A stretch of DNA of 63,543 nt, the filler included, from Octopus bimaculoides (Eukaryota), in the NCBI RefSeq assembly GCF_001194135.2. It is 6 parts of 5 records of this genome, joined end to end, with 100 filler letters (N's around TTAATTAATTAA, not from the genome) between each part and the next. Parts side by side here need not be neighbours in the genome. Positions count along the whole stretch, not along the records: positions 6,907 to 25,100 come from NC_069001.1; 5 more parts are not named here. The stretch is one strand, 5' to 3'. A program made the position numbers and the translations under genes. This document shows, in pieces, positions 13,588 through 24,747 of the stretch (the first letter of the stretch is position 1; each line of letters opens with the position of its first letter). The notes beneath the pieces were generated by a model. That model made no database searches, was not told where the DNA came from, and was given only the letters and a program-made list of their open reading frames with translations.

Positions 13588-13725
13588 GTATGTGTGTACT
13601 GGGAAGACAGAGATACAACATGCTGTAAAAATTAAACTGTAAGTAACTGTTATTTAAATACACGAAAAAAATTATTCTATACCGAATTTCTTCGCCGTTT
13701 GTTTTTCCCATCAATAAAGTAATTT

Positions 13726-13732
13726 TATAAAG
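13726..13732 (+). promoter_or_regulatory. Candidate TATA box of the H1-like gene
   Basis: TATAAAG about 150 bp upstream of the ATG, with CATCAAT ~15 bp further upstream; the region is AT-rich, so this is weak. Confidence 0.35.
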
Positions 13733-13873
13733 CGAAATTCACTTATTGTATAACTCTTGGAGAATCAACACTTTAGCTGAGGCTGCCTGTTGCAGTCAAC
13801 TACGTCCGTGTGTTGCTAATTTCAAGCTGGCTTCAGTCGCCGCTCTACTAGTAGCGTAGTTTTGTGATGAAAG

Positions 13874-14224
13874 ATGACAGACACTACCAACAACACGAAA
13901 TCAATCAGAAGAAGCACACTAAAACACCCGAGATACTCAGAAATGGTAATTGCTGCTATATCAAACCAAGACAAGAACAGATGCTCCAGAAGAGAAATTA
14001 TCAAATACATCATATCGAACTACAACGTTGGAGACAAAATCCAGTTAATTAAACTCCACGTGAAGCGTGCCTTGAACGTTTGGGTGACGAAAGGTATACT
14101 TTCAGAAACAAGGCGCTGCTCAGGCCATGTCAGCACCAACAAAAGGAAACTGATGCACAAAATGAAGAAAACTGGAAAAGTAACACCTTCAAAGTTGGAT
14201 AATTTGAAAACAACAGAAACTTAA
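13874..14224 (+). CDS. Divergent linker histone H1-like protein, 116 aa, with a very short C-terminal tail
   Basis: Winged-helix globular domain: KHPRYSEMVIAAI..CSRREIIKYIISNYNVG..LHVKRALNVWVTKGIL. Intronless and followed by a histone stem-loop. Confidence 0.8.
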   Translation: MTDTTNNTKSIRRSTLKHPRYSEMVIAAISNQDKNRCSRREIIKYIISNYNVGDKIQLIKLHVKRALNVWVTKGILSETRRCSGHVSTNKRKLMHKMKKTGKVTPSKLDNLKTTET

Positions 14225-14248
14225 TAAAATTTGATTATAACATAAAAA

Positions 14249-14264
14249 GGCCCTTTTAAGGGCC
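14249..14264 (+). terminator. Histone mRNA 3' stem-loop (SLBP site)
   Basis: AAAAA-GGCCCT-TTTA-AGGGCC-ACCAA: a perfect match to the metazoan histone stem-loop consensus, 24 nt after the stop codon. Confidence 0.92.
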
Positions 14265-17200
14265 ACCAACGCCATTTTGATTTTATACTCCTACAAAATG
14301 AATGCGATCTCTGGACTATCATTCTTTCCTCTATGCTTAAAATTTAAGTCTTTGTAAAGTATTTTTTTTTTGCATTTAAATCTTCCCGTTTTTGTTTGTT
14401 TTGACAATATTTTATTTATATATCTTCGTTGTATGAGTTCATTTTCTCAAGTTCGCGTGATGTAACACCTTCCAATTTCTGTGGAAAACGATTTGAAAAC
14501 ATGTCTTTCAATCTAGGTTGTTAAATTTGACATTTATTTTACTAGCAACAAAAATTCCAACAGTCATGAATTAGTTCACACGTTTCTTTTAGTGAAATAC
14601 TAGATGAATCACACTTGATTTTGTTCTTCGAAACCTATCAACCGTGAATCTGCGGACCTACGATTAAGGGCGTCCCAGCTATTAGAAAAATAGATTCTTG
14701 AGGTGGGTGAATTTAGTAATCTCTTGTAAGCATTCTGGCTATGTCCCTAGTCCGAAAATAATTTCCAGTCCCCGAATCCATACAAGGGGATATAGATACT
14801 GTCCTTTCATTGATAATCCATTACAAAAAATAAATTTAATATGAAGTCACTGCAGGTTGAAGATGCCATTTGATTCCGTCAGAAACAAGAAATGAGGTAA
14901 ATCGTGCTATTTTCTAAAATAGTGATAAACAGCAATTAGTAGAATGCTTTTTAAAAAATTCTATGTTCATAATTTCACTATTACACTCAGGGCATATTTG
15001 AAATGTTGGGTAGTAAAGCTATTCTATGGAGAATATGACCTATTGATAGCAATTTGGTTTAAAAAGACGAAAAATTTTAATCGTTCTTTGTAGCATCTGA
15101 TGAAATTAGCACTGACAAACCCTTCAAAGACATCTAATCTTAGGGAAGAGAACGAGGTCCCTGAAATATATAATGTATTTCAAGAGTTTCCCAAAACTTG
15201 GGAGAAAAGTCAGAGGTGTTAATCTTATGCCATAAAAGAAGCTGTCGAATATTCCTAACAAAAATAAGTGAAGGAATCTGCTTTGGTTTTACGTTACTTG
15301 GCCTGACTAGAATTCCTGGTATCTAAATACACCAAAATCAATTTCGCCTTTCAAGTACTGAAGTCAATGATATTCATTAACTCCCTTCCCTCTAAACTGC
15401 TGGCCTTGTACTTAAGTATCGGCAAGATCGTATCGAAGAGAATGCTTTGCAATATTTCTTGCTGTTTTTTACGTTCTGAGTTTATATAGCTCCGTGCTCA
15501 ACTTTCCTATTCATCCCTTAGGAACCAAATAAAGCAACAGTCATGTACATCCCTCCCATCAAGAACTTAGGCCTAATCTTTGTATTGACAATGCTACAAA
15601 GTATGTGAGCTGGCCTGTCGGAACAAGATCGGTAAATTTTGATGGCATGCGGGTGCACTTATTAAAATTTACAAGGGTAGATCTACAGGCATGGAAGTGT
15701 CAGTGGCCGGACTTGTCTGAGATGTGTAACAAGACCACAAAACTATATTGCTTGCACTCACCCAGTGTCCATAATTTGCAAACTTGGGGACTTGTGTTAA
15801 ACAGCTGCTACCACATTTACGATTGATCTGTAGATCAACTGAGTCGATCGAAGATCAACTCGTTTCCTTCCTTAGGCAAGAAAGAGGGAAGAGTCATCCT
15901 CTTCCTGCAGGCTATGACAAAGGAAATTAGTGTGCTGAACAAAGCTAATTTTGTAGACTGTTCTAACCTAGATTTTTTTCATATTCGTTTTTTTTTTGTT
16001 GCTCGGGTCAAACCTTTCACTTCTGACAGCTAATAGCATGATAGTGCCACTTTATCTTGTCCTTATATATCTAAGACTACATATCTTCGCATATCTTTTT
16101 TTTCAAAGTCAGTAGCGTTCCGTTTGAGGGAAATTTGGGTGCTGTTTCTAACAGGCTCAACGAGTGAATACAAGATGACGTCCGCCGATTCTTTTATTTT
16201 TTAGCTCGAAAGTAGTGTTGCTGCTTATTCCAGGATAGCAGACATGCTGTAGACCAAAGGCCAAAACCTTCAGGGATCGTGCACTCCGCATATTATCTTA
16301 TATATCCTTTCATAAACCGGTAGTGTGTGATTTGAGACATATGGCTGCTATTTCTAGCAGATTGAACGATCAAGTAGAAATATTTTGTCTAACTCTAACA
16401 TTTACAAGGTGACAGTGAAAGGTTGTGCAGAGAAAAAAGTGTTTGAGGGAGATGATCGACTGACATGTGAATCCTATTGGCAAATGATCTCATATTTACG
16501 AAATATTGTTTGATTATCAATCACCCCACGTCCAAGAATAAGGTACTTGTTGATCAGAATTTTTTTTAGGATAGTTGTGGAAATAATGAACAACCATATC
16601 TTGGCTGAGTTAGTTCCAAACATCAAAGTCGACAACTTTTCAGTAAGAGTAACTCTATGAGTTCAAATTCCGCCCAGGTCGACTTTGCCTTTCGGTCGAT
16701 GAAATCGACTATCCCGCTTCCCCCAAATTTCAGGCCTTGTTGCCTATAGTAGAAAAGAAAGAGTAGCCGGTGCTCGTTGAAATAATTTCACTGAATAAAA
16801 GAAAAATAATGAAGAGAATTCGGCGCACATGCTAGGAATAACAGCCAAATCTCACAAATACTTTGATTCCTTTTAACTTTTAGAAAAATTGAAATTTTTT
16901 CTAAAAGTTTCGACATATACGCTGCATATGTAATCAATCTACTAGCTACACATGCATACATATATTTGTACAGATACGAAACAATTCTAAATTGCTTATA
17001 ACATCTTCACAAATATATAAATCATTATCTTCTAATATCCATGTACCTCGCAGAACTTCAAACCGTGAGTTGTGGGGTCACCTTCATGCCAAGGGAATGA
17101 TCTAAGGAGGTGCGGTAGTCCAGGTTTTTGTAGAGGACCAGTGTGGTTAATAATATCTAAGAGGGGAAAAGGGTAAAGATTCCCTTTGGTCATGAATGAC

Positions 17201-17615
17201 CATGAGATTGCACCTAGAAAGTTCCCCTCCAAGGTACAAGTCTGGGCAAATTTGTTTATGGAAAACCAGCAGTCATCCATGCATACCAAAAGTATAGTTT
17301 ATTTCATACGTTTGCTTAATAATGACAAATTAAGAAGCTTCTGTTAGGATGAGTTCATAAAAGACAGAATTTAACAAGCCAAACTTTAGTTCAGCTCTTA
17401 ATCACTGCACTTCTGAAGCAAAAATACAATACAAATGGAGTGTAAAAATTGAATAGGTTTATTTAACAAGTTTTAAGAGAATAAAATGTTTATGATATTC
17501 ATTTTAAGTTTTGAATTATAATTCAAAATTGTCTTCTGATAGAAAAAGTGTTTATATTGAAATCACTGACCTTTTATATAGGAAAAAAAAATCACACCAT
17601 GATTATATATCAAAT

Positions 17616-18293
17616 TTAATACCAATTTGAATCCGATGACGTATTCTTACGGTATCGATATTCTTTACCATCCTGGTTATATTTGTACACATATTTAGCA
17701 GGAAAATATTCCATGTTTAAGCGATAATGGCGAAGATGTAGAAGTAGATGTCTTTCAAGCGTCTTTTTGTCCATAACTAGTCTTTGTTTCTCAGCTGGCA
17801 CTGTGTCAGGTATAACATTCTTCTCAATTGGTTGTATTTCTTTGCGAATTATGAACTCACCATTGTCTTTGAGTAAACAGTATTCAAAGTCTTTTTCTTC
17901 TGGATAACCATTTGGGAAAGTTATCGGTGTTATCTTTATCAGATGTTTTACTTTATTTAACATTTTGTTAACGCTTGGTGTGTTTTTCAGCACAACTTTT
18001 TGGTCTTGAGGACCGGTAAGATTGAGAGCGAACATCGTAGACTTTTCTTTTTGGGGTCTGCCCTTCAAAGTTTTTACTCGAGTTACCATGTGTAACATAG
18101 AAGGTTCTACAGGAGCAGCTGTTTCAGACTTGTTTAACATCAGCTCTTCTCGTAAAGGCTGTGCCCATTTCATGGCCTTGCTTGCCATTTTCTCCTTTTT
18201 GCCTACAAGCCTGAATCGAACTGAAGAATACATGACAGGGCTTTGATTCAAAAGACAACATCTAAATATTGCAAAAAGATTCTGGGACGCCAT
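17616..18293 (-). CDS. MRPL30: Mitochondrial large-subunit ribosomal protein L30 (uL30m), single coding exon, 225 aa
   Basis: LHMVTRVKTLKGRP..EK..VVLKNTPSVNKMLNKVKHLIKITPITFPNGYP..CLLKDNGEFII matches the uL30m core. The N-terminus is basic and presequence-like. Candidate AATAAA signals at 17458-17463 and 17298-17303 (- strand). Confidence 0.93.
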   Translation of the reverse strand: MASQNLFAIFRCCLLNQSPVMYSSVRFRLVGKKEKMASKAMKWAQPLREELMLNKSETAAPVEPSMLHMVTRVKTLKGRPQKEKSTMFALNLTGPQDQKVVLKNTPSVNKMLNKVKHLIKITPITFPNGYPEEKDFEYCLLKDNGEFIIRKEIQPIEKNVIPDTVPAEKQRLVMDKKTLERHLLLHLRHYRLNMEYFPAKYVYKYNQDGKEYRYRKNTSSDSNWY

Positions 18294-18425
18294 TTTCGTA
18301 AATCAATTCAAGGGCAAATAACTCAAATTATCTGATTATCTCCCCTGAATTAAATCGCCGCGGCGTGTATGGTCACGCCTCGTGTTTAACAACTTTAAAT
18401 AAAATCATTCATTTTTTTGGTAAGT
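18288..18425. promoter_or_regulatory. Candidate bidirectional promoter
   Basis: YY1-type AAAATGGCG overlaps the MRPL30 ATG (CGCCATTTT 18288-18296). A CpG-rich patch lies at 18355-18385 (CGCCGCGGCGTG), and a consensus + strand donor GTAAGT at 18420. Confidence 0.4.
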
Positions 18426-18779
18426 TCCAGCTGTTTTATTTTTGCAATTTCTGTTATTTATGTTGAGTCTGTTTTGTACACAACCGATTTTGATCTATCT
18501 AAATTGTCCGATTCCTTTTGATATATCTGCTAGTAATGGACCAAACTTTACACTGCTCTTGTGATAGTGTAGCAATTCATTCCTGATCAAGCATATCTGT
18601 TAGCTAAAGGTATTCCAGCATGGTCATCCTATCTTTTTTGCTTTTCAGATATTGTGTATCTAAGATCTTGTTTGCCAAGTGTCCTTTATATATGACGATA
18701 GGGTATGATTTAAAGGAGAATTGGTTATCAATTTGCAGATCGAGCGGTCACGCAGGAAATTTCATTAGTTCGTGCCAAA

Positions 18780-19681
18780 GGTAAATATGAAGAATCTTGC
18801 CCAACGACAAATTAAACAATAAGTTTTTTAGGGTAAAATAGGCGCGTATATTACGAAAAACGTATTAAAAACAGGGCAATCTAACCGTTTCAGACATTTG
18901 AATTTTAGGAGGGTTCCGAGTACAATTTGTGAAGGAAATTGTTCGGAGACCTGAGATGAGGTGTAAGTACCTCAAGCAGTATATGGTGAGGTATCTGTTC
19001 ATTAAGTCTATTCCGAATCATGCTGAACGTTTCCATCGCTTTCTTACGAAGAGCAGCAAACTGTATCTGGGACCCTCTAAAAAAGGGGGATATATTTGAA
19101 ACGGGGTGATCCTTCGTTTTAACTCGAAAAATGTAAACAATGTATTCGGTAGTTTCCGTGACCACCTGTTGTCTTGTCAACTCTCAGTTAACCTCTGTCT
19201 GTTGTTCTTCTATCTGTGTGCGTGCTTGTTCCTTCGTGTGTTTGTGTGCTTGTTCTTATTTGTGTGTGTGCGTGCAACACATAAAAACATAACAGGCATA
19301 CACACACACATACACAGAACAAGCACACACGCACAACCCATTAGCTTTCTCTTCCCAATTTTACAGAAGATGGCCTGAAACGGTAAGCTTACTCTATTTT
19401 TTGTTACTTTTTTGTAATATACACGTTTATTTTACCGTAGAACATTAGGCAAATATAAAGCGTATGCACACTGGTTAGGGTTAGTTTTAGGCTATAGTTC
19501 TGGAGTTAGGTGGTGTGTGCATGCGTTTTACCTTCGTCTGCAACCCTCATGAAAATGCGAATGTTTCTGAAACGGTTACTTTGCCCTAATTTTTATTCCG
19601 TTTTTCGTAATCCACATGTCCATTTTACCAGAGAAAACTTTTTTCTTTCAAATTTGTCGTTGTGAATGATTCATATTTACC
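18780..19681. mobile_element. Element bounded by ~135-bp imperfect inverted repeats (MITE/fold-back or HINE-like)
   Basis: 18780-18915 (GGTAAATATGAA..CAACGACAAATT..GGTAAAAT..TTACGAAAAACG..AGGGCAA..TAACCGTTTCAG..GAGGGTT) matches the reverse complement of 19542-19681. Confidence 0.6.
19367..19382 (+). other. Candidate 16-nt micro-exon
   Basis: TTTCTCTTCCCAATTTTACAG|AAGATGGCCTGAAACG|GTAAGC: good acceptor and donor, but it lies inside a repeat-like element. Confidence 0.25.
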
Positions 19682-19806
19682 ATGCCAAAAGCGTTTGGTG
19701 TTTTAGCAAAATAATTTTGTTGAAGTAATTTAGTAGTACCCTTATACTCTGTGTGTTTTAAAACGCATGGATATAGGTGTCGAATTTGTTCCAATAACTT
19801 TCGAGT

Positions 19807-19837
<31 letters not shown>

Positions 19838-20539
19838 ACAGACAGACAGATAGTTCGCTCCGGCCAGTCATGGTATTAGCTGTCAGTAGCCAAAGAATCA
19901 ACTCAAAACCAGCAGTAACGTTCCTTGTCAGATTTTTCTACTTTCACTTCTGACAGCTAATACCATGACAATGCCGTAATTTCTGTCAATTATACCATTT
20001 CTGTAACCCGTCCCTACACGAAATTGTACTTTGTTAGATTTGTAAAACTTCGGTTGGCAGAGGTAAAGAATATGCACATTACACCTTTTCGGTGTAACAA
20101 AGACCCTAACCCTAACCAGGTGTGCATATTCTTAACTTTCGCCCTTCGGTTTTCATTTAAATTCGATGATGATGATGATGATAATAATAATAATGATAAT
20201 GATTCTTTCTAAGTTTAACACACGGTCAAAAGTTTTTTAAGGAGAAGAGCAGGTTGACTACATCAGTTCTCATACTAAATCGGTACTTATTTTACTAACC
20301 CAGAAAGCGGCTGAATTTGAACTTGGAGTGTAATGAGTCGGAAGAAAACTCACAAAGTATTTTGTTCGACTCTAACAATTTTATTAGCTTGCCACCTTAA
20401 TAATAGTAATTATAATGATACTTTCTTTATTAATCACAAAGTGTTGACAAAAGGCTCAAAGACATTAGGGAGCAATACAGTGTGAGATTATATAAAAATA
20501 TACATGTAAACAAGAGAACTTTTTAAAAGTTGACAAAAC

Positions 20540-22320
20540 GAAGAAAAATTCCCAAAAGGAAGAGGGACTTCTGAAGGCTGCTACTGGAAATTCCACCAAA
20601 ACCACCGTCACTGACCACTAAGGCAAGTTCCCCTCCTTCTTCCAGGTGTTCTTCTCCAATCTTCAAGTGCATTCTCAGGGCAGACCAGTTCACTTAGCCA
20701 ATACTCACTACTCATTCTCCTTTCAACAAATTTGTTGGGAGGCAGCACTTCCCTCCTCTTCCTTGTTTTCCTTTTTAAGTGAAACTTGAATGAGTTGACT
20801 AGAGTTTTGGCTAAAAAGGAAAATGTTTGTCTTCAGCCCTTCCAGTCTCATTCACCACTTAACCTCTTTTACCAAGGCCACTAGGCAGATAAAAACTGCC
20901 TGCTCTTCATAACCAATGGAAGGTGGCAGGACAATCTTCACAATGGACCCAGCTGATACCTGGATCTGTTCTATACACGATAGCAGTTGTTTGATATAAT
21001 TTCACAAGTCAGTAGTGCTTGGGTACTGGACAAATGCATGCAGAATGATTTTGTTACCATGTGATTAGGACAGCTGTGTAAAGTGCTGAGCTCTAATTGT
21101 GGAGGGTATTTGTGGAAGGAGTAGACCCAAGAAAACATGGGATGAAATGGTGGAAAAGACACTGGGCCTCACTGAGGAAATGACAAGGGACCAGGAGATG
21201 TGGTGATTTGCTGTACTTGATAAGACATGTCAAGCTAAATAAAATTGCTGTCTTCCACATATAGACTTTTCCTTTCTGGTGCCAGTGCCACATAAAAAAA
21301 GCACCCGTGCTGATGGCATGTAAATAACACTTTGTTAAGTGGTTGGCGTTGGGAAGGGCATCCAGCAATAGAAACCAACAGACATAGTTTGGACAAGCTG
21401 GTCAGCTGCATGTCAAATCATTCAACCTGTGCCAGTATGGAAAGCAGACATTAACCGATGATGAAGAAGATGATGTGTGCATCTTGGACAGGCCCAGCCT
21501 AAGGTACTTCTGTATCTGGAGATTTATCTGGAACCACTCCAATAAGACTGTCAGGCCATGGATTTCTGGAAATTATCCATGGACCCTGATCTATAAGCCC
21601 TGCTGAATAGAACAGGTAGTTGATTTTCATTGACATCCAGAATTTCCTCAAGAATGTTGTTTTTGCATAAAGGAATGCTAATGTGAAACTTCCATCTTCT
21701 GCATTGACTAAGTACTAGATAGCTATGTGCATTTGGTGACATTCCACCCAGGAGTGCAGCTCTGTCAAAATGATGAACTGTGGGAAAAAACATCTGATAA
21801 ATGGTGACCACACATGTTCACTATCACGGAATCCTTGGAGATATTGCAACCTCAATACATGCTTGCACATAATCAGTCACAGCATGCCCAATCCTCCATG
21901 CGACAGATGTTGACAATAGATGGAGTTGTTGACCAATGAAATGCATCTCTTCCACGAGTTGAAAAGCAAATGCTCCAGTTCAGTCAGACTTGAAGACAAG
22001 ACAATGTTCAGGCAATGTAGACATTTGCTAACTCTGCCCAATCTTTCTGGAATAGTTTCCTCCTGGTCTATTTCTTGGTATGACTTTCCACCTTGCTCAT
22101 CACCTCGTGCCAGATCTTCTCTATCTGGAGATCTGGGCCAAACCAGACCCTGAGCAATTTAACTGGCCTGTCTGTTCAAGAATCCATCATGCTGTTGGAT
22201 GCCATGAACCTACCTTTCCAGTTAATGAGCTGCAGGCCCACTAATTTTACCTGGTTGATTATGGCTCTTGTTACTGCCTCATTCTCCCTTAGAATGTAGT
22301 GTCATTCACTCCCAGTGAAT
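20540..22320 (-). mobile_element. Second, older L1/Tx1-type LINE 3' fragment, split by an RTE insertion
   Basis: 20540-20930 resembles the 3' end of the element at 400-750. 22100-22300 resembles 1380-1560 (CTGGAGATCTGGGCCAAACC vs CTGGAGATCCCGGCCAAACC). Confidence 0.6.
21020..21475 (+). mobile_element. RTE LINE 3' end fragment
   Basis: Encodes a degenerate CGRSRPKKTWDEMVEK and ends with the same 3' tail as 9300-9447, followed by (GAT)n. Confidence 0.75.
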
Positions 22321-22725
22321 GAAGTGCAAACAAAAAAGTAAAATAACTAAAATGGTGACAGTACATAGGAATGCATAAGTACAAAACATGAATATAGTAT
22401 AAATAAAGTTCATTACATGTGATAATGATTATATTGATAATTTTGCTAGATACACAAATAGTTCTGCATTTTTTGAAACTGTAAAATAAATTTTTTTTTC
22501 AAATAATAGGTCTGAGTATATTTAGTTGGCCAATGAACTTTGCTGCCACTTTCGATCAGTGTGTGTGTGTGAGGTGTAACAGTATTGTTAGAGAATTCTT
22601 TGTTTTTGTATTTAGGTTGCTTAAGTGTGGCAGATGGTGAAGACTGTTGCTGTGGGGGTATTGATTTGAAAAAAGCTTTCTTTAGTCTAATGATACTGAC
22701 AATTTCCTGTTTTCTCTGTGTCTAG

Positions 22726-22828
22726 GAACATATATTTCTACTTAGCTTTAGGAATGTAAAATGGACCTGAATAACTAGCGTGCAAAGGATGCTTAACTGC
22801 ATCGTTCCTCACAAAAACATGAATCCAG
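22726..22828 (+). other. Candidate internal exon (103 nt)
   Basis: Branch point TACTGAC (22694-22700), tract TTTCCTGTTTTCTCTGTGTCTAG|, donor CCAG|GTATTT at 22829; contains two short ATG-started frames. Confidence 0.45.
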
Positions 22829-23164
22829 GTATTTATGTCAGAAGGAACAAAAGTTTTAATCAATGTAGGTAACTCCTCCTTGTAACTTTACAGTAGATGA
22901 ATATAGCTGGCAGGATCATGCTGTTGATTATTTGTTGTGATTACCATCTAACCAGGTAGTTTAATTGCCATACCATGCAGTAATTCTGCTGGGGAGTAAC
23001 CTAGGTCTTGTTGAGTAGTTGTTCATTATTCTAGTACCCATTCTATCCAAATTGGTATATGCTCATAAAGCTGCTTTAAGCTGGGGATGAAAACATTCTA
23101 TCATTCTATTGGACATGGAGTAATAAGCTGTAATACAAATTCTGTACCTAATGGATTTGTTCAT

Positions 23165-23380
23165 CATTGTCATCATTATCATCATGTAATGTCCATTTTC
23201 CATGCTGGCATGGGTTGGATGGTTTGACAGGAGGTGACAGTGTTAGGAGCTGCACCAGGTGCCATAGTCTGTTTTGATTATTTCTACAGCTGGATGTTCT
23301 TTCTAATGCCAATCACTTTAGGGAGTGTACTGGGTGTTTTTTATGTGGCATCAGCAGCCACAAGATCATCAATTTCATTG
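23165..23380 (-). mobile_element. RTE-type 3' tail or RTE-tailed SINE
   Basis: (CAT)n followed by TTTTCCATGCTGGCATGGGTTGGATGGTTTGAC: the reverse complement of the RTE tail at 9380-9447. Confidence 0.65.
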
Positions 23381-24059
23381 CAAGAAATCCTCTGCTAGGA
23401 GGGGAAGTAGTATTGAAGAGGGTGTGGCTTTGTGCCATTTGTGAAATTTAAGGTATTGAGAGAACAGATATAGGTGTCTTTATGTGAGTACCCCAGTTGG
23501 AAACAAAAGGAAAGTGAGTTGGAGAATAAACTAAAGAGATTAATATTGAGAGAGATGATGGTGGGAATGTGTCAGGACATACCCTCAAGAGACATTGGGG
23601 GTGGTGAGAATAGGTGAGGTGTTATAGAGGCTGGGTAAGTGGACAGGATGAAGTGACTGATGGAGAGAAATATAGGAGAGGCCTGAGAGAAGGAGTTGCT
23701 GTAGGTATGTGAGGGTATTGAAGGAGATAGCAAGCAAGTGAGGAATTGATGATGGAGAGCAGTACAGGAAGGGAAGAGAAAACAGAAGGTGGGAGAAGAA
23801 GGTAATTGGGTTTGGGGAGTAAAAGTAACCGAGTAAGTCACATTGGGTGTAGTATGTGCCTATTCTGTTCTCAGTGATAGAGAAAATGATAGATGTTAGG
23901 GGGTGAGGGAGAAGGTTGACAGAGTAGAGTCCCTCAGGGACAAGCATTTCCAAGGTGGTTTTAGGATATCAATTCTATTGAGGTGGGTGGGGGTCTTCTT
24001 GAATACAGTAATGTGCCAGATATCTTGGTCTGTAAGACTCAGTATTGTCTTCTACAACT

Positions 24060-24360
24060 TTCATCCACTTTAAGTGATCAGCACTTCTTTATGCAAATAT
24101 CTACATCCATAGGCATCACATGACTAAACCAGTGCAGTCTTCTCTCTTGCAAACTGCATTTAATTCTTTTACTTCACTTTTTTCTCAATACACTCATGCT
24201 TTGTTGCACATGTATATTACATTGCACATCCAGTGGAGCATACCAGCTTCATTCTTCTCTAGTCTTCATATGTCTTCTGCATTCAGGGTACACCAAATAG
24301 AATTCCTGCCTACATCTTTTTTACATAATGAGCAGGTCCTGTCTGATTTCTTGCTTAGTA
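24060..24360 (-). mobile_element. RTE LINE fragment (post-RT region)
   Basis: Reverse strand is similar to 8340-8560 (GAATGAAGCTGGTATGCTCC..GCAAGAGAGAAGACTGCACTGG..GTCATGTG). Confidence 0.65.
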
Positions 24361-24747
24361 GGACCTAGGTTATTCCTAAGTAGGTATGAAATTTTGAAAA
24401 TATGTAAGTATCATTTCTATTGCACTTTTTCCTGGAGAGCACCTAAAAAGAAACATTTTGATACTTTATGTGTGAAATTTGGGTGAGTATTTTAGGAAAT
24501 ATAACAATTTGAATAGTCAGTGAAATGATCAAAATGAATAATTAGCCATATTTGTGATGTCATATTTTTGATACTGAGGTGAAAACCATCTTCAGATTAC
24601 ACAGATTAAAAGTGACCATGGTATTAGGGGGTTCCTATAAGGTTGTTATCCACCCCTGAATGGAACTCTCCTGTATGACATGTATGCATGCTCAGTGACT
24701 TGCTTTAACTTCCGCAGACGACTCACATACTGTACTAACTGGTTAAT

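Noticed and set aside
17032-17289. 85-aa ORF next to MRPL30
   Set aside because: No recognisable motif or splice support; it probably belongs to an old repeat.
18739-18780. Additional 42-nt + strand exon
   Set aside because: Its acceptor lies in a dispersed repeat (related copies ~16130-16380) and its donor coincides with the inverted-repeat end; too weak to list.
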